From an uncultured Actinomyces sp. (lineage in GTDB: Bacteria; Actinomycetota; Actinomycetes; Actinomycetales; Actinomycetaceae), in the NCBI GenBank assembly GCA_938028585.1, contig CALIZH010000382.1, forward strand, positions 19,221 through 83,220: a stretch of DNA of 64,000 nucleotides, written 5' to 3'. Shown piece by piece: positions 7,286 to 17,993 of this stretch (its first letter is position 1; every line of letters begins with the position of its first letter). The position numbers were made by a program, and so were the translations under genes. The notes under the pieces are model-generated. The model worked only from the letters and a program-made list of their open reading frames with translations, was not told where the DNA came from and did not search any database.

Positions 7286-9499
7286 ATGACAGTCGGTATT
7301 TTGACTGAGAAACCGAGTGCTGCGCGTAACTTTGCCAAAGCGCTTGGTGGTCAAAGTGGTACTTGTAACGGTGAAAGTTATGTCATCGCTTTCGCACGTG
7401 GCCATCTGTTTGAGCTGAAACAACCTGTGGATCAGGTGGATCCGTCGAAGCGTGCAAAGTACGCTTCGTGGTCACTGAGTGAGCTTCCGTGGGATGTGAA
7501 CGACTTCGCATTTGAGCGTGAAAAGAAGAAGGATACCTCGAAATTACTCGCTGATATCAAGAAAACGCTTGGTTCTTGCGATGAACTGGCGATTGCCACA
7601 GACTCAGATGTTTCAGGTGAGGGTGGCCTGCTTGCTTGGGAGATTATTTCTGAATTAGGGCTTGATCATAAGCCGATTTCACGTATGTACTTTACTGATG
7701 AGTCTCCTGCGTCGATCAAAAAGGCGTTCGTCTCTCGCAAACGTTTGACTTCGATGGAAGACCATGATGAGTACCGTATGGCATGGTTGCGTTCCCGGTG
7801 GGATTTCCTCTCCATGCAATGGACGCGTATTGCTTCTGAGCTTGTTGATAAGCGTGCGATCGTTCGTCAGGGGCGACTTAAGTCGGCCATGATTGTGCTC
7901 GTTGGGGATCAGCTTAAGGCACATAACGAATGGAAGAAAGTTCCGTTCTACGAGCCTCGCTTCCGCGATGAGAACGGCGTCATGTACATTGATTCCGATG
8001 CTCAGAGGTTTGCACACGAGAGCGACGTGGATCTCAGCGGTTTGCACGCGTCGAGCGTGACGGTGGATTCTAAGACCATGAAACGTTCTGGCCCGCCTCG
8101 GATGCTGGATCTTGCAGGTCTGTCAGCACTGCTGAGCGCCAAAGGTGTGAAGGCAGCTGAGGTGCTGGGAATCTATCAAAAAATGTACGAATCTCAGGTA
8201 GTATCGTACCCCCGTACAGACGACAAGCATATCACCAAGGAGCAATACGCTGAGCTTGTGCGCAATGCTCCTGCCATTGCGCGAGCTGTTGGTATCGACC
8301 CCTCGTTGCTTACGCACACCGCCGCTCGTTCCACCCATGTGAAGGACTCAGGTGCACACGGTGCGAACCGGCCTGGTCCGAACATTCCGTCTTCTCTCGC
8401 AGAAGTGGAGAACAAGTACGGTAAGACCGGCGCTATGATCTATGAGCTGCTCGCTCGCAGCGCTCTGGCTGTGCTCGCGGAAGATTACGAGTACGAGGCC
8501 CAGAAGGGTCACGTCACTGATTTCCCCGCATATGTCGGATCATGCTCCGTTCCTAAGAAGCAGGGCTGGAAGGCCGTGCTCGGCGGTGCATCAATGGCGG
8601 ACGATGACGTGGACGAGAACAACGGGGCAGGTCTGGGCACCCAGGCCAAGCCGTTTGTTCATGAAGGTGTGCCGTCTCAACCTGTCGCACCGACTGTCAA
8701 GTGGCTCATGAAGCAACTGGAGCGGCGCGATGTAGGTACTGGCGCGACTCGCACGAGTACCTTTGCTGAGGTGTCAAGCTCGAAGGCTCGATATCCTTTG
8801 ATGGACGAGACGAAGGGCAGGATTAGCCTGACCGAAACAGGCGAGATCAGCTATCACTTGCTACCGGGGACGCACATCGGTGATCTGGCGATCACGGAAC
8901 GCGTGTTCTCGGACATGAAGGCCGTGGCAAAGGGTGAGAAGCAAGCAGATGATGTCCTGGCTGAGGTGGCTAGGCTCGTGACAGATGATATTGCCGTGAT
9001 GACGGCAAACGCTCAAACGATGAGAAAGGATTTAGGAATGGGCGACTACGTGGAAAAGGAATACTTCGAGGGAACCTGGGACAAGACCGGCGCGCATGTG
9101 CGGTTCAACCGTACGTGGAGCGGGCACCGTTTCACCGATCAGGAGTGTATGGATCTCCTGGCTGGTAAGGATATTGAGATCACCGCTCAGTCCAAGAAGA
9201 CTGGGGATGATTTCACGGTGATCGGCGCTCTGGGTGAAGGTGAGTATCAGGGACGTACCTTCGTTGGGTTCACCCCTGATTTCACCAAGCCGACCTCGGC
9301 TGCAAAGCGCGGTGTTGCCCCCAAGTCGATGCTCGGTGTCAAGCTCAGCGACGAACAGCGAGCAAAGATCGAAGCTGGGGAAAAGGTCTTGGTCAAGGGT
9401 ATGAAGTCCAAGAAGAGTGGCAAGAACTTTGATGCGTACTTGTTCCTTGAGGACAAGCCGGATGGCACTCGCGGAATCGCGTTCTCGTTTGATGCGTGA
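7286..9499 (+). CDS. Type IA DNA topoisomerase (TopB/TraE-like)
   Basis: Toprim TEKPSAA, GHL, IATDSDVSGEG, GRLKS, catalytic SYPRTD, GTGATR; start at ATG 7286 after AGGAGG. Confidence 0.93.
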   Translation: MTVGILTEKPSAARNFAKALGGQSGTCNGESYVIAFARGHLFELKQPVDQVDPSKRAKYASWSLSELPWDVNDFAFEREKKKDTSKLLADIKKTLGSCDELAIATDSDVSGEGGLLAWEIISELGLDHKPISRMYFTDESPASIKKAFVSRKRLTSMEDHDEYRMAWLRSRWDFLSMQWTRIASELVDKRAIVRQGRLKSAMIVLVGDQLKAHNEWKKVPFYEPRFRDENGVMYIDSDAQRFAHESDVDLSGLHASSVTVDSKTMKRSGPPRMLDLAGLSALLSAKGVKAAEVLGIYQKMYESQVVSYPRTDDKHITKEQYAELVRNAPAIARAVGIDPSLLTHTAARSTHVKDSGAHGANRPGPNIPSSLAEVENKYGKTGAMIYELLARSALAVLAEDYEYEAQKGHVTDFPAYVGSCSVPKKQGWKAVLGGASMADDDVDENNGAGLGTQAKPFVHEGVPSQPVAPTVKWLMKQLERRDVGTGATRTSTFAEVSSSKARYPLMDETKGRISLTETGEISYHLLPGTHIGDLAITERVFSDMKAVAKGEKQADDVLAEVARLVTDDIAVMTANAQTMRKDLGMGDYVEKEYFEGTWDKTGAHVRFNRTWSGHRFTDQECMDLLAGKDIEITAQSKKTGDDFTVIGALGEGEYQGRTFVGFTPDFTKPTSAAKRGVAPKSMLGVKLSDEQRAKIEAGEKVLVKGMKSKKSGKNFDAYLFLEDKPDGTRGIAFSFDA

Positions 9500-9533
9500 G
9501 TCGATTTAGGTGTGAGAAAGGAGAGCGCGACGT

Positions 9534-10418
9534 ATGGCGAAAGATCGGTATGCTGTTCCTGTATCGCTTGATCGGTCGATTCTCGATCATGAGATCAACC
9601 TGTCGAACAAGTCGTTTCAGGTTAAGCCCTTGCCCATGAAGGTGATCTTTACCTACCTGGGAAGCGCGATCGTGCTTATGTGGGTATTGACGAGTACACC
9701 GCTTAAGGGTGCGAACTTTGGATTGCTCGCGCTCATCACCCTGTGGTGGATTGCGGCGACGGTCTATTTCGCCGCATACTCGAAGACGAAGGAGATGCGA
9801 GGGAGCCAGCTTCCCGCTTTGTTCGACTATCTCCCGAAGACGTCACGCCGGGTGGTCACTCGGTCGGATTCTCGCACGGGACCATTCTTGTCCATCGTCG
9901 GCATCAAGGATGTTGATCAGGACACAGGTCTCATTACGTATGTTGATGGCATGGTCGGACAAGCCTACTCCGTCGTTGGATCAGCCTCGCGCCTGCTCTT
10001 TGACCAAGACCGGGACGCGATCTTGAACCGGAATGATCGGTTCTATCGCAAGTTGGAACCGGGCGTGGAATGGGTGTTTATCACCACGAAGGAACCGCAA
10101 CGCGTGTATGCTCAGGTGGCTGCGCTGGAAAAGCGTAACCAGGTCCTGCCCTTAGAGGCTCGTGATCCTGAGCTGGTGGCACTGATGGATGAGCAGTATG
10201 AGTCACTGCGCTCATACGTTGGATCGAGCTTTTTCAGCATCCATCAGTACCTGATCCTCATCGCTCGAAACGAGGAAGAGCTGCGTAAGGCGCACAACCT
10301 GCTCGACTCAGAGGCGGCAGACTCGTCGCTGATGTTTAAGCAGGTGTCGATGCTCACCTATGATGAGACGATCGATCTTCTGGCAACCCACTATGGGCCG
10401 GTAGCGATGACGAAATAG
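9534..10418 (+). CDS. Conjugation membrane protein (PrgI/VirB3-like position)
   Basis: Two N-terminal TM helices; directly upstream of the VirB4-like gene. Confidence 0.55.
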   Translation: MAKDRYAVPVSLDRSILDHEINLSNKSFQVKPLPMKVIFTYLGSAIVLMWVLTSTPLKGANFGLLALITLWWIAATVYFAAYSKTKEMRGSQLPALFDYLPKTSRRVVTRSDSRTGPFLSIVGIKDVDQDTGLITYVDGMVGQAYSVVGSASRLLFDQDRDAILNRNDRFYRKLEPGVEWVFITTKEPQRVYAQVAALEKRNQVLPLEARDPELVALMDEQYESLRSYVGSSFFSIHQYLILIARNEEELRKAHNLLDSEAADSSLMFKQVSMLTYDETIDLLATHYGPVAMTK

Positions 10419-10438
10419 TCACGTGAATTGTTACCTGG

Positions 10439-10478
10439 CGCACCCCTGAATAACAATTTTCAGGGGTGCGTTTCTTTT
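10439..10478 (+). terminator. Rho-independent terminator
   Basis: CGCACCCCTGAA/TTCAGGGGTGCG 12-bp stem followed by TTTCTTTT. Confidence 0.75.
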
Positions 10479-10546
10479 GGTTCTCGTGTAGAATATATTG
10501 AGTAACCACTATAATCGAGTTGTTCAATACGAGGGAAAGGAGTGGC

Positions 10547-12649
10547 ATGGCGAAGGGTAAAGCACGGGCTGTACAGACTGGGGCGGTTGATACCTCAGTA
10601 TGGGGCGGGGCCGCACAGCGTGTACGCGAAGTGAGCGAAACGCATGCAGCATCCGAGGCGCGCGATAGGGCTGAATCAAGCGAGCGTGCCTTGAGGGGTA
10701 TGTCGCGTAAGGAGCGTAGAGCGTTTTTCTCACGGGCAAATAATGGACAAGTGAGGGACTATGCTCATCTCTTGGCCGTTAAGCCCAGACAGGGCTACGT
10801 GTTCCATTCCGACTATTTCGAAATTGACGGTGAAGTCGGATGTATTCTGAGCTATTTCCATGATGAGAGCGCACGCGATGAACTGCCTCCGTTTTGGGGC
10901 GTGAATCTGATCCCGTATCTCCCTCAGAACGTGACAGCTATTCTCCTGGAACAAGTCTCTCGCGTGACTGAATCGTGGCTGACGAACAAGATCAAAGAAT
11001 CCGAACGTCTTGATCGTCTCGATAGCCAAGAGCAGAGTGAGAATGGAACAAAGTCAACGCGTCGTAAGGCGTCGAAGGTCTCTGCTGACATCGAACAGGT
11101 GATCGCCGAGATCCAAGACGGTGCAGCGTACCTATCTGTGCATTACCGCATTTTGCTCAAAGCCCCCTCCCTAGAGGTGCTCGATGACGTGATCGATGAC
11201 TTGCGACGCAAATACATCGACGCTGTGGGCAATCTATCGATCGCTGGTCACCACGGTCTCCAGCGCCAGGAGCTTGCAACGCTCTTTTCCCCGAACGCCT
11301 CAAAGAAGGGTAAAGGCTTCCACTTCACCTCAACTGAATTAGCTGGTGCTTTCAACCTCGTCACCAACGGTTTGAACGACCGTGGTGGAGAGTTCGTTGG
11401 TTACATGGTGGGCGACGTTAATAACTCCGGTGTGCTCATGGACGTGGACATGTACAAGCACCACGTCGTGGTTGCTGACGATGACAAGTCTCGCGCTCAA
11501 GCTATGGGGAATGCTCAGGTTGCTGACATGTGGGCATCGAAGATTTCCCAGGCGGCACTTATCAATAACAAGCGCGTGGTTCATATCATCCTTGATGGCG
11601 CTGATCTCACTGGCGTTCTTGGACCTCGCATGGAGACGATCACTGCTCGCATTGATATGTCTCAAGGTGATGTCAACCCCTTTGAGGTGTTTGGTGAACG
11701 TAAGGATCAGCTGTCGCTGTTTTCAACGCATTTGGAGAAGCTCGTGCTCATGACTGAGCAGGCGTATGAACCAACCGATGCAGATCGTTCGATTATCAGA
11801 GCTTCGCTCAAAGATACGCTCACGCAGTTTTATGTCGATCAGGACATGTGGGTTCGAAACGCGAAGCACAATGTCGATCGCTTGCGTCTTGTGGGGATTC
11901 CTCATGACCAAGTCCCTCAGCTCAAGCTGTTCGTCACGTACCTGGATCAGCGCTATAAGGCGCTGACTGGTAAGTCGAACCGTGACGATGAGCTGTTGCA
12001 CGCGTACTCGGTGCTCTCGGCTGTCTTTAAGGACATGCTCGACGCCAACGGTGACCTGTTCAATGTCGTGACGAAAGATGCAATTGACGGAGCGCAACAC
12101 GCTCGTCGCGTGATCTATGATTTTTCCTCTTTGATCAACCGTGGCAAAGGCGTGGCGATGGCCCAGCTTGTCAACGTACTGGCGTTTGCGGCTTCTGCGC
12201 TCGGTGAAGGTGATACGCTCATCGTTCACGGAGCAGAACTGATCGACGAGGGTGTTAAGCCTTATGTCACTGATCAGTTCGAGCGACTGTACCGCCGTAA
12301 CGCTCGTGTGGCTTTGTGCTACAACGGCGTGAAGGCGATGCTCGATGACTCGGAGTTCAACCACTTTGACGAAGCTGATTGGACGGCTCTGGGAGCCATG
12401 AGTGATGCTCTGGTTCCGGTCTACGAGAAGAAACTTGCCAAGCGCATCCCTGTCGATATGACGAAGGTCATTACTCGCCGAGGCGAAGGGCTGACCTTTT
12501 TGCGACGCGGGACTGTTAACGTCGTTTTTAAGCGTGATCTTGCTCTCGGAGTTAATGCTCACGTGCGAGGGACTACGTATGATGGATCGGTTGCACCTGG
12601 TCGTAACCGTGGTGCTGTTATGAAGAAACGCGCAGGTGACCAGAAATGA
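10547..12649 (+). CDS. VirB4-like conjugation protein with degenerate Walker A/B motifs
   Basis: Size (~700 aa), position and layout resemble VirB4 (VLMDVD, VNPFEVF, RVIYDFSSL, GEGLTF); no GxxGxGKS/T found. Confidence 0.6.
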   Translation: MAKGKARAVQTGAVDTSVWGGAAQRVREVSETHAASEARDRAESSERALRGMSRKERRAFFSRANNGQVRDYAHLLAVKPRQGYVFHSDYFEIDGEVGCILSYFHDESARDELPPFWGVNLIPYLPQNVTAILLEQVSRVTESWLTNKIKESERLDRLDSQEQSENGTKSTRRKASKVSADIEQVIAEIQDGAAYLSVHYRILLKAPSLEVLDDVIDDLRRKYIDAVGNLSIAGHHGLQRQELATLFSPNASKKGKGFHFTSTELAGAFNLVTNGLNDRGGEFVGYMVGDVNNSGVLMDVDMYKHHVVVADDDKSRAQAMGNAQVADMWASKISQAALINNKRVVHIILDGADLTGVLGPRMETITARIDMSQGDVNPFEVFGERKDQLSLFSTHLEKLVLMTEQAYEPTDADRSIIRASLKDTLTQFYVDQDMWVRNAKHNVDRLRLVGIPHDQVPQLKLFVTYLDQRYKALTGKSNRDDELLHAYSVLSAVFKDMLDANGDLFNVVTKDAIDGAQHARRVIYDFSSLINRGKGVAMAQLVNVLAFAASALGEGDTLIVHGAELIDEGVKPYVTDQFERLYRRNARVALCYNGVKAMLDDSEFNHFDEADWTALGAMSDALVPVYEKKLAKRIPVDMTKVITRRGEGLTFLRRGTVNVVFKRDLALGVNAHVRGTTYDGSVAPGRNRGAVMKKRAGDQK

Positions 12650-15600
12650 TGGGAACAAAGGATAGGAAAGGATTGTTGATGAAACATCGGAAGGAGATGG
12701 ACGCTCACGTGCGCGGAAGCGTACGTGTGCTCACAGGGTTTACCCGCGTGATCACACTGATGGTCGCCGCTCTTGTTCTAGCCTTTGGTGTGACAATGAT
12801 CGGTGGGAGTACTCACGCCGATCCGGGTAAGACAGAAAAGTATGATTTTTACACTTTGTCATCGAATGTCACCGCGTATTTCTCCGATGCCGTGAAGCCA
12901 GGGGCAAAAACGGGTCTATCTGCCGATGAAGGATGGACAACGATTGCTCAAAACGCAAGCGAAGGTGGGGATCTCGTTGGCTACGGCGATGATAATATCT
13001 CCAGCTTTACAGGTTGGTTAGTTTCTAAGACTACGGGCGCATCGAATACTATTGGTTATGATTCGCTCAAGGCCCGGGATGCAAATTCTGATGGTTATGG
13101 GGGCGTTCTCGCCTACGCTCAGTATGGATCACTGCTCAGTGGGTTGGGTCTCGATTCTACGTCAACGGGTCTTGGTCTTCACCTGACGAACGTTGTCTTT
13201 GGCGGGATTATGGTGATGTTGTATCTGCTCGCCGGTGGTATCGACACGATTTTCTCTGCTGTTGCGTGGATCCTTGACCTGCTCAACCCGTTTAGGATGT
13301 TCTATCAAGCCGTGTCTGCATCGAGTGCTTCTCTGGCTGATGGGATGACGGATGGGCAAGGCGTTCCCGTGTGGATGCAGAGTCTGAGCGCATGGGTGAG
13401 CGACTGGTATCAAGTTCTCGTTAATATGTCGTGGACAGTACTCATGCCACTTTTCTTGGTCACGTTTGTTACTTCTGCGTTTTTGTGGAAGAAGGGACAA
13501 GCCCTCAGTGGTTTGAAGAAGCTACTGGTACGTGTGGTATTTCTTGCGTTTGGTTTACCTCTTATTGGATCACTATACACAGCGACGCTTTCAACTATGA
13601 AAGACGCATCGGCTGGAGCCGGTATGGGTGCGACTCGCGTTGTTATTTCAACGTTTGTTGACTTTGAGAATTGGGCGAAGAATAGCCGTCTTGCCGTACC
13701 CCAGGGTGCGACATTGGCATGGGATAGTTTCGCACAAGCTCCTACAGGAGACTCTGTGAATAAGCTCCGTCAGACAACAGCAGCTATTAACCATATTGCT
13801 CATCCTGGTGATGAATTCAAGGATGTTTCTAGTTTGGGTGTTTCTAGTCTTGGTTCACTCACTGTTGAAGCTGCGAAAGCAGATGAATCAAGTATTGGTA
13901 ATAGTGCTAAGACGTACGGCGCAACAATGGGTGTGTTGTTACGATATTTAACAGCTCAACGGTATGAAGCTTCGGATTTTGAGACGGCTGTTAAAGGTCG
14001 GCTTGGGAAGGACGCATCAGAGCCTACGACCGATGGTCAGTATGTTCAACAGTGTGCGACCACGTGGTTTAACGTTCAGGTCGATGGTTCCACCAAGCCT
14101 GATGCCTCTAGTGGCGGGTCATGTTCGACGGTTAAAGCCTCCGATAACCCTATTTTGAAAGTCCGTTCGGGTACCGGACTTCAAGCTGATTCTCGCGGTA
14201 ATTTTGTGGTGTTTTCAACCCAAGGCACTTCCAGCCCTGAGAATAAAGTGGTGTTGGGTAAGCAGCCACAGGGAGCAAATCTGTCACCTCTGTCGATGTA
14301 CAACTATCTGAACACCTCGTTCGATAAGAACACATTGACTGTGTACTCGTCGAGTAATGCTGTGTCACAAGCGACACGTGAGTATCACGCATCTGTGAAC
14401 CTTGTGGGATCCTCTGGTGTGAACTGGCTCTATTGGCTCAATTCATCGACGACGCTTTTCTGCTTCGTCGTGCTCGGTCTGGGTTATGCTCTGGGTATGC
14501 TCACGGGAGCGGTGAGGAACACGTTGCGTATCATTACGGCGGTTCCGTTTGCGACCCTTGGTTCTTTGGCAGCTATCGCCAAGGTGTTGATCTACACCTT
14601 TACGATGATCACTGAGATCATTGGTACGATGTTCATCTATCGACTGGTTCAAGAGTTCATCGTGTCGGTTCCCAGCATCTTCGAGGGTGGGTTGGAACAT
14701 ATGTATAACTCGCTTGGTGGGTTTGGCGATTATCTGCGTAACAGTGGTTATGTCACGTTGTTCACAGCGATTGTCTCAACCGTTGTTCTGTTGTGGCTCA
14801 CCGTGAAGATGATGCATTTCCGTGGCGCTTTCGTTAAGGGTCTGAATGAGGCCGTGACGAAGATTGTCGATAAGTTCCTCGATGTGAATGTTTTGCCACC
14901 TGGTGGGGGCGTCAAGGGTATGCCGCTGATGAGCGGTGTTGGTGCAGGCGTGGGCAGCGCTGCTGCGAACCGCCTTATGAGTGGTCGCGGTGGCCTGGGA
15001 TCGGGCAATTCTGCTCGCGATGCCATCTCACGTGGTCTGGGTGTTGCAGGTGGAGCCGTCGCTGGCGGTTCGTCGATCAACGGTACGGATAACCCAGATG
15101 AAGCAGGACCGGGCGCATTGGGTGCTGGACCCAGCAGCCCGAGCGGAAGCGGCGGCGGTGGTCTGCTGCTCAGTGATGGCAGCGGTGGTATCGCTTCTCG
15201 TGATGAGGGCTTGTCTGCTGGTGGTGCTTCCACAGCACTGACAACCTCCGCATCGGATCGTCAGCTCGCTCGCGAGGTGGATACTCGTGGTGGTCTGTCT
15301 GAGCCTCGTCTTGAAGCTAGCCCGAAGGCTGATGCAAAGGACGCGGCTGCATCGAGCACTGTGGCAAACGGTGAAGGTGATGGCGTGAGCGCCTTTACCG
15401 GATCGATCCGTGAAACCATGGATGCTCATAGCAAGGCTGATCAGGCTCGTCGCTCTCAGCTGACCTCGGGTGTGAAGGCTGTGTATCACGGTGGTAAGGC
15501 AGCGGCTCGCGCATCTGTTGGTGACGCAGCTGGTGCGGCACAAGATGGCAGTAAGGCTGTTGGTGATCTCCAGCAAGCTCGTAGCAAGGGTCAAGAAGCC

Positions 15601-15882
15601 AAGGCTCATCGTCAGGTGGCCGAGGCTCCGCGCCCTGTGCGCCGGGTGCAGCCACAGGTCCAGCAAGCCAGCGCTCCGGCGCAAGCTCCTGCTCAGGCTC
15701 CTGCTCCAAAGCCCGCACCTACGCAGCCTGCTGCACCGGCTCGGGGTCGTGCTCCGCGTCTGGCGGCTCAGCCATCTAGTCCACAGGCACCTGCGTCACC
15801 CCACTTGCCTCCGACTGCTCCACGAGGTGGGACAGGGATGAAGCCTGGTAGCGGCCCGTCTATTCCACCCGTGAAGAAGTAA
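12646..15882 (+). CDS. Polytopic VirB6-like T4SS membrane protein with long Gly/Ala/Pro-rich cytoplasmic tail
   Basis: Multiple TM segments in two clusters; low-complexity C-terminal third; coupled to the virB4-like gene. Confidence 0.7.
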   Translation: MMGTKDRKGLLMKHRKEMDAHVRGSVRVLTGFTRVITLMVAALVLAFGVTMIGGSTHADPGKTEKYDFYTLSSNVTAYFSDAVKPGAKTGLSADEGWTTIAQNASEGGDLVGYGDDNISSFTGWLVSKTTGASNTIGYDSLKARDANSDGYGGVLAYAQYGSLLSGLGLDSTSTGLGLHLTNVVFGGIMVMLYLLAGGIDTIFSAVAWILDLLNPFRMFYQAVSASSASLADGMTDGQGVPVWMQSLSAWVSDWYQVLVNMSWTVLMPLFLVTFVTSAFLWKKGQALSGLKKLLVRVVFLAFGLPLIGSLYTATLSTMKDASAGAGMGATRVVISTFVDFENWAKNSRLAVPQGATLAWDSFAQAPTGDSVNKLRQTTAAINHIAHPGDEFKDVSSLGVSSLGSLTVEAAKADESSIGNSAKTYGATMGVLLRYLTAQRYEASDFETAVKGRLGKDASEPTTDGQYVQQCATTWFNVQVDGSTKPDASSGGSCSTVKASDNPILKVRSGTGLQADSRGNFVVFSTQGTSSPENKVVLGKQPQGANLSPLSMYNYLNTSFDKNTLTVYSSSNAVSQATREYHASVNLVGSSGVNWLYWLNSSTTLFCFVVLGLGYALGMLTGAVRNTLRIITAVPFATLGSLAAIAKVLIYTFTMITEIIGTMFIYRLVQEFIVSVPSIFEGGLEHMYNSLGGFGDYLRNSGYVTLFTAIVSTVVLLWLTVKMMHFRGAFVKGLNEAVTKIVDKFLDVNVLPPGGGVKGMPLMSGVGAGVGSAAANRLMSGRGGLGSGNSARDAISRGLGVAGGAVAGGSSINGTDNPDEAGPGALGAGPSSPSGSGGGGLLLSDGSGGIASRDEGLSAGGASTALTTSASDRQLAREVDTRGGLSEPRLEASPKADAKDAAASSTVANGEGDGVSAFTGSIRETMDAHSKADQARRSQLTSGVKAVYHGGKAAARASVGDAAGAAQDGSKAVGDLQQARSKGQEAKAHRQVAEAPRPVRRVQPQVQQASAPAQAPAQAPAPKPAPTQPAAPARGRAPRLAAQPSSPQAPASPHLPPTAPRGGTGMKPGSGPSIPPVKK

Positions 15883-15900
15883 CGGGTATGTGAGACGGGT

Positions 15901-15945
15901 AACGCCCTCGGTTGTGTTGGATAACCAACATGATCGAGGGCGTTT
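15901..15945 (+). terminator. Long hairpin after the virB6-like gene
   Basis: AACGCCCTCG..TGTTGG/CCAACA..CGAGGGCGTT. Confidence 0.6.
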
Positions 15946-16073
15946 CGCTTGCTCGTTATAGACGCTTTGTGTACAATGGTTGTAGGTCATGAGTGGATGT
16001 ATCTGACAACCAGATGATGCTCTGGCCGTCAAAGATACGTACGTACGATTGATGAGAAAGGAGACTTAATATT

Positions 16074-16439
16074 ATGTCTCTCAACGTTCTTGCATCTGAG
16101 GCGATGACTCGTCTTATGGTGCCTGCATCCGGGTGGAGTGCAAAGACTCTCTTGGAAAAGATGTTCAGTGAAGGAAAGACCTATCTCGGTCTGGCTCTTG
16201 GAATCTTTGGCCTGGTCTTGATCGGCTGGTCGATCTTCAAGCTTGTTGGTAAGTTCATGCAGACCCAGGGTTCACAGCAAACCTCGTGGTTCATGATTCT
16301 TCTGGCATTCATGTTCGGTGGCTTGCTCCTGTTCGGTGGCGTTTCGATGGTGATGAATATTGCACAGGGTGCAAAGGAATCATTCGAAGAACTCGGCGGC
16401 GGTATGATTCTGCCCTATGCGTTGACGTTCTTGCCGTAA
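16074..16439 (+). CDS. Small two-TM pilin-like (VirB2/TrbC-like) protein
   Basis: 121 aa with two hydrophobic helices and a short loop; GAAAGGAG RBS; inside the tra cluster. Confidence 0.55.
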   Translation: MSLNVLASEAMTRLMVPASGWSAKTLLEKMFSEGKTYLGLALGIFGLVLIGWSIFKLVGKFMQTQGSQQTSWFMILLAFMFGGLLLFGGVSMVMNIAQGAKESFEELGGGMILPYALTFLP

Positions 16440-16558
16440 GCACGGCGTGATGTCACGACCTATCAACACAACCGGGGCCGGGGAACCGGCTTCGGCTGTT
16501 GTTGTATCTGATATGTGCGTCCCTTGATCTCGGTTTATTTATGCGAAAGGATCCTATT

Positions 16559-17980
16559 ATGGCGTGGAATCGTCGAAAGAAAGCTCAGGGAGAATTTACC
16601 CAGCCTGGCACAGTAGAAAGCATTGGTGAGGAAGTCCCGTCAGGTTTTTCCCACAAACTCAAACAATTTCAGACGAAGTATAAGTTTGATTCCCACCATG
16701 CGATTGAACGTTTTGGTGTAGCTGTTGCCATCTTTGGCTTCACTGGTATCGCCCTTTTTGCAGGAGCGGGTGTGTCTTCGTACGCAAACGGACAAGAAAA
16801 GCTCGGAGCAACAGCTCTTTATACTCAGTCGTTTACCACTTCGCGTACTCAGGTGGGCGGTTCTGTCATGGGTGTGTACACCGATCCGTCGAAGACGCGC
16901 ACGATGGTCTTGCTGTCGGTTAAGGATGATAACCGACTTCCCTCAAGCGCTGATGATTACCAGGTCTTCCTCACCGGCACTGACACCGAGATGGGCCATC
17001 ACTCGCTCAAAGGTCAGCCGATCACGGCGCGCTATGTCACTTTTGGTAACAATGCGAAATACATGGGTGTCGTGCTTGATAACCCGAACAAGTTCGATCT
17101 GCGCATTCTCGATATGATCGTGCGTATTAACCGTGAGGTTTCGTATAAGGACACGGGTGATGGTTCTGGTGCTCAGGCTGGGCCGTCGTCGGATTCAACA
17201 CAGAATTCAAACACCAAAGGTAAGTCGTTTGAGAGGTACGATCAGATCAGGATCGCGTTTAACCCTGTGGCAACTGGGTCTACCGAGATGAATCTGGGTG
17301 TTGCCGGAAGTGATTTCAACGCCGGTAACGTCTATCACGAGGCTGTGACCCGTGATGCTGAGCAAAAGTTGCGTGACAAGATGGATGGTCAACTGCTCCA
17401 GATGCAAGCTGACTTGGCGAAGATTGATCAGTACAATTCTCAGATTGCGACGACCACTGTCAATGACCGTGGAAACATCTTGAAGTTGAACGATCCGCCC
17501 GCGCCTCAGATTATTGCGGGCGATCAGGTGACGGGTCAAGACGCTAAAAGCAGCAAGACGGGACAATCGACGCTGGCACTTGTGTCCAAGAAGGTTGTTC
17601 CCGGTGGTTACGATTTTGACTGGCGCAATGGTAACGTTAGCGAGGGATACCTCGATCGGATCGTTCCCAAGCGTATGAGTTATGTGGACTTTATGAAGGC
17701 TCAGTCAAAACTCACCGCCCCTGCGCCCGTCTGGAATAAAGTCGAGTTTACGTTGAATAATGGAACACCACTCAGCGTTTATACCAATCGGGATACTTTT
17801 ATCAAGCCGTTACTTGACTTGCGGAGTAATCTTATTGCCTCATGGCAGACATATTACGAGCATAAGAAGGAGTATCAGGTGACGTCGTATTCTGACTTGC
17901 TCAACCTAGAGATTGAGTTGCGTAACGTCCGTTCGAATACGACTCAGAACACGAACGCGAACGTTTTGACACTGTACTGA
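16559..17980 (+). CDS. Bitopic membrane protein of the transfer cluster
   Basis: Single TM followed by a large extracytoplasmic domain; start ATG 16559 after GAAAGGA. Confidence 0.7.
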   Translation: MAWNRRKKAQGEFTQPGTVESIGEEVPSGFSHKLKQFQTKYKFDSHHAIERFGVAVAIFGFTGIALFAGAGVSSYANGQEKLGATALYTQSFTTSRTQVGGSVMGVYTDPSKTRTMVLLSVKDDNRLPSSADDYQVFLTGTDTEMGHHSLKGQPITARYVTFGNNAKYMGVVLDNPNKFDLRILDMIVRINREVSYKDTGDGSGAQAGPSSDSTQNSNTKGKSFERYDQIRIAFNPVATGSTEMNLGVAGSDFNAGNVYHEAVTRDAEQKLRDKMDGQLLQMQADLAKIDQYNSQIATTTVNDRGNILKLNDPPAPQIIAGDQVTGQDAKSSKTGQSTLALVSKKVVPGGYDFDWRNGNVSEGYLDRIVPKRMSYVDFMKAQSKLTAPAPVWNKVEFTLNNGTPLSVYTNRDTFIKPLLDLRSNLIASWQTYYEHKKEYQVTSYSDLLNLEIELRNVRSNTTQNTNANVLTLY

Positions 17981-17993
17981 GAGAAGGAGATTT

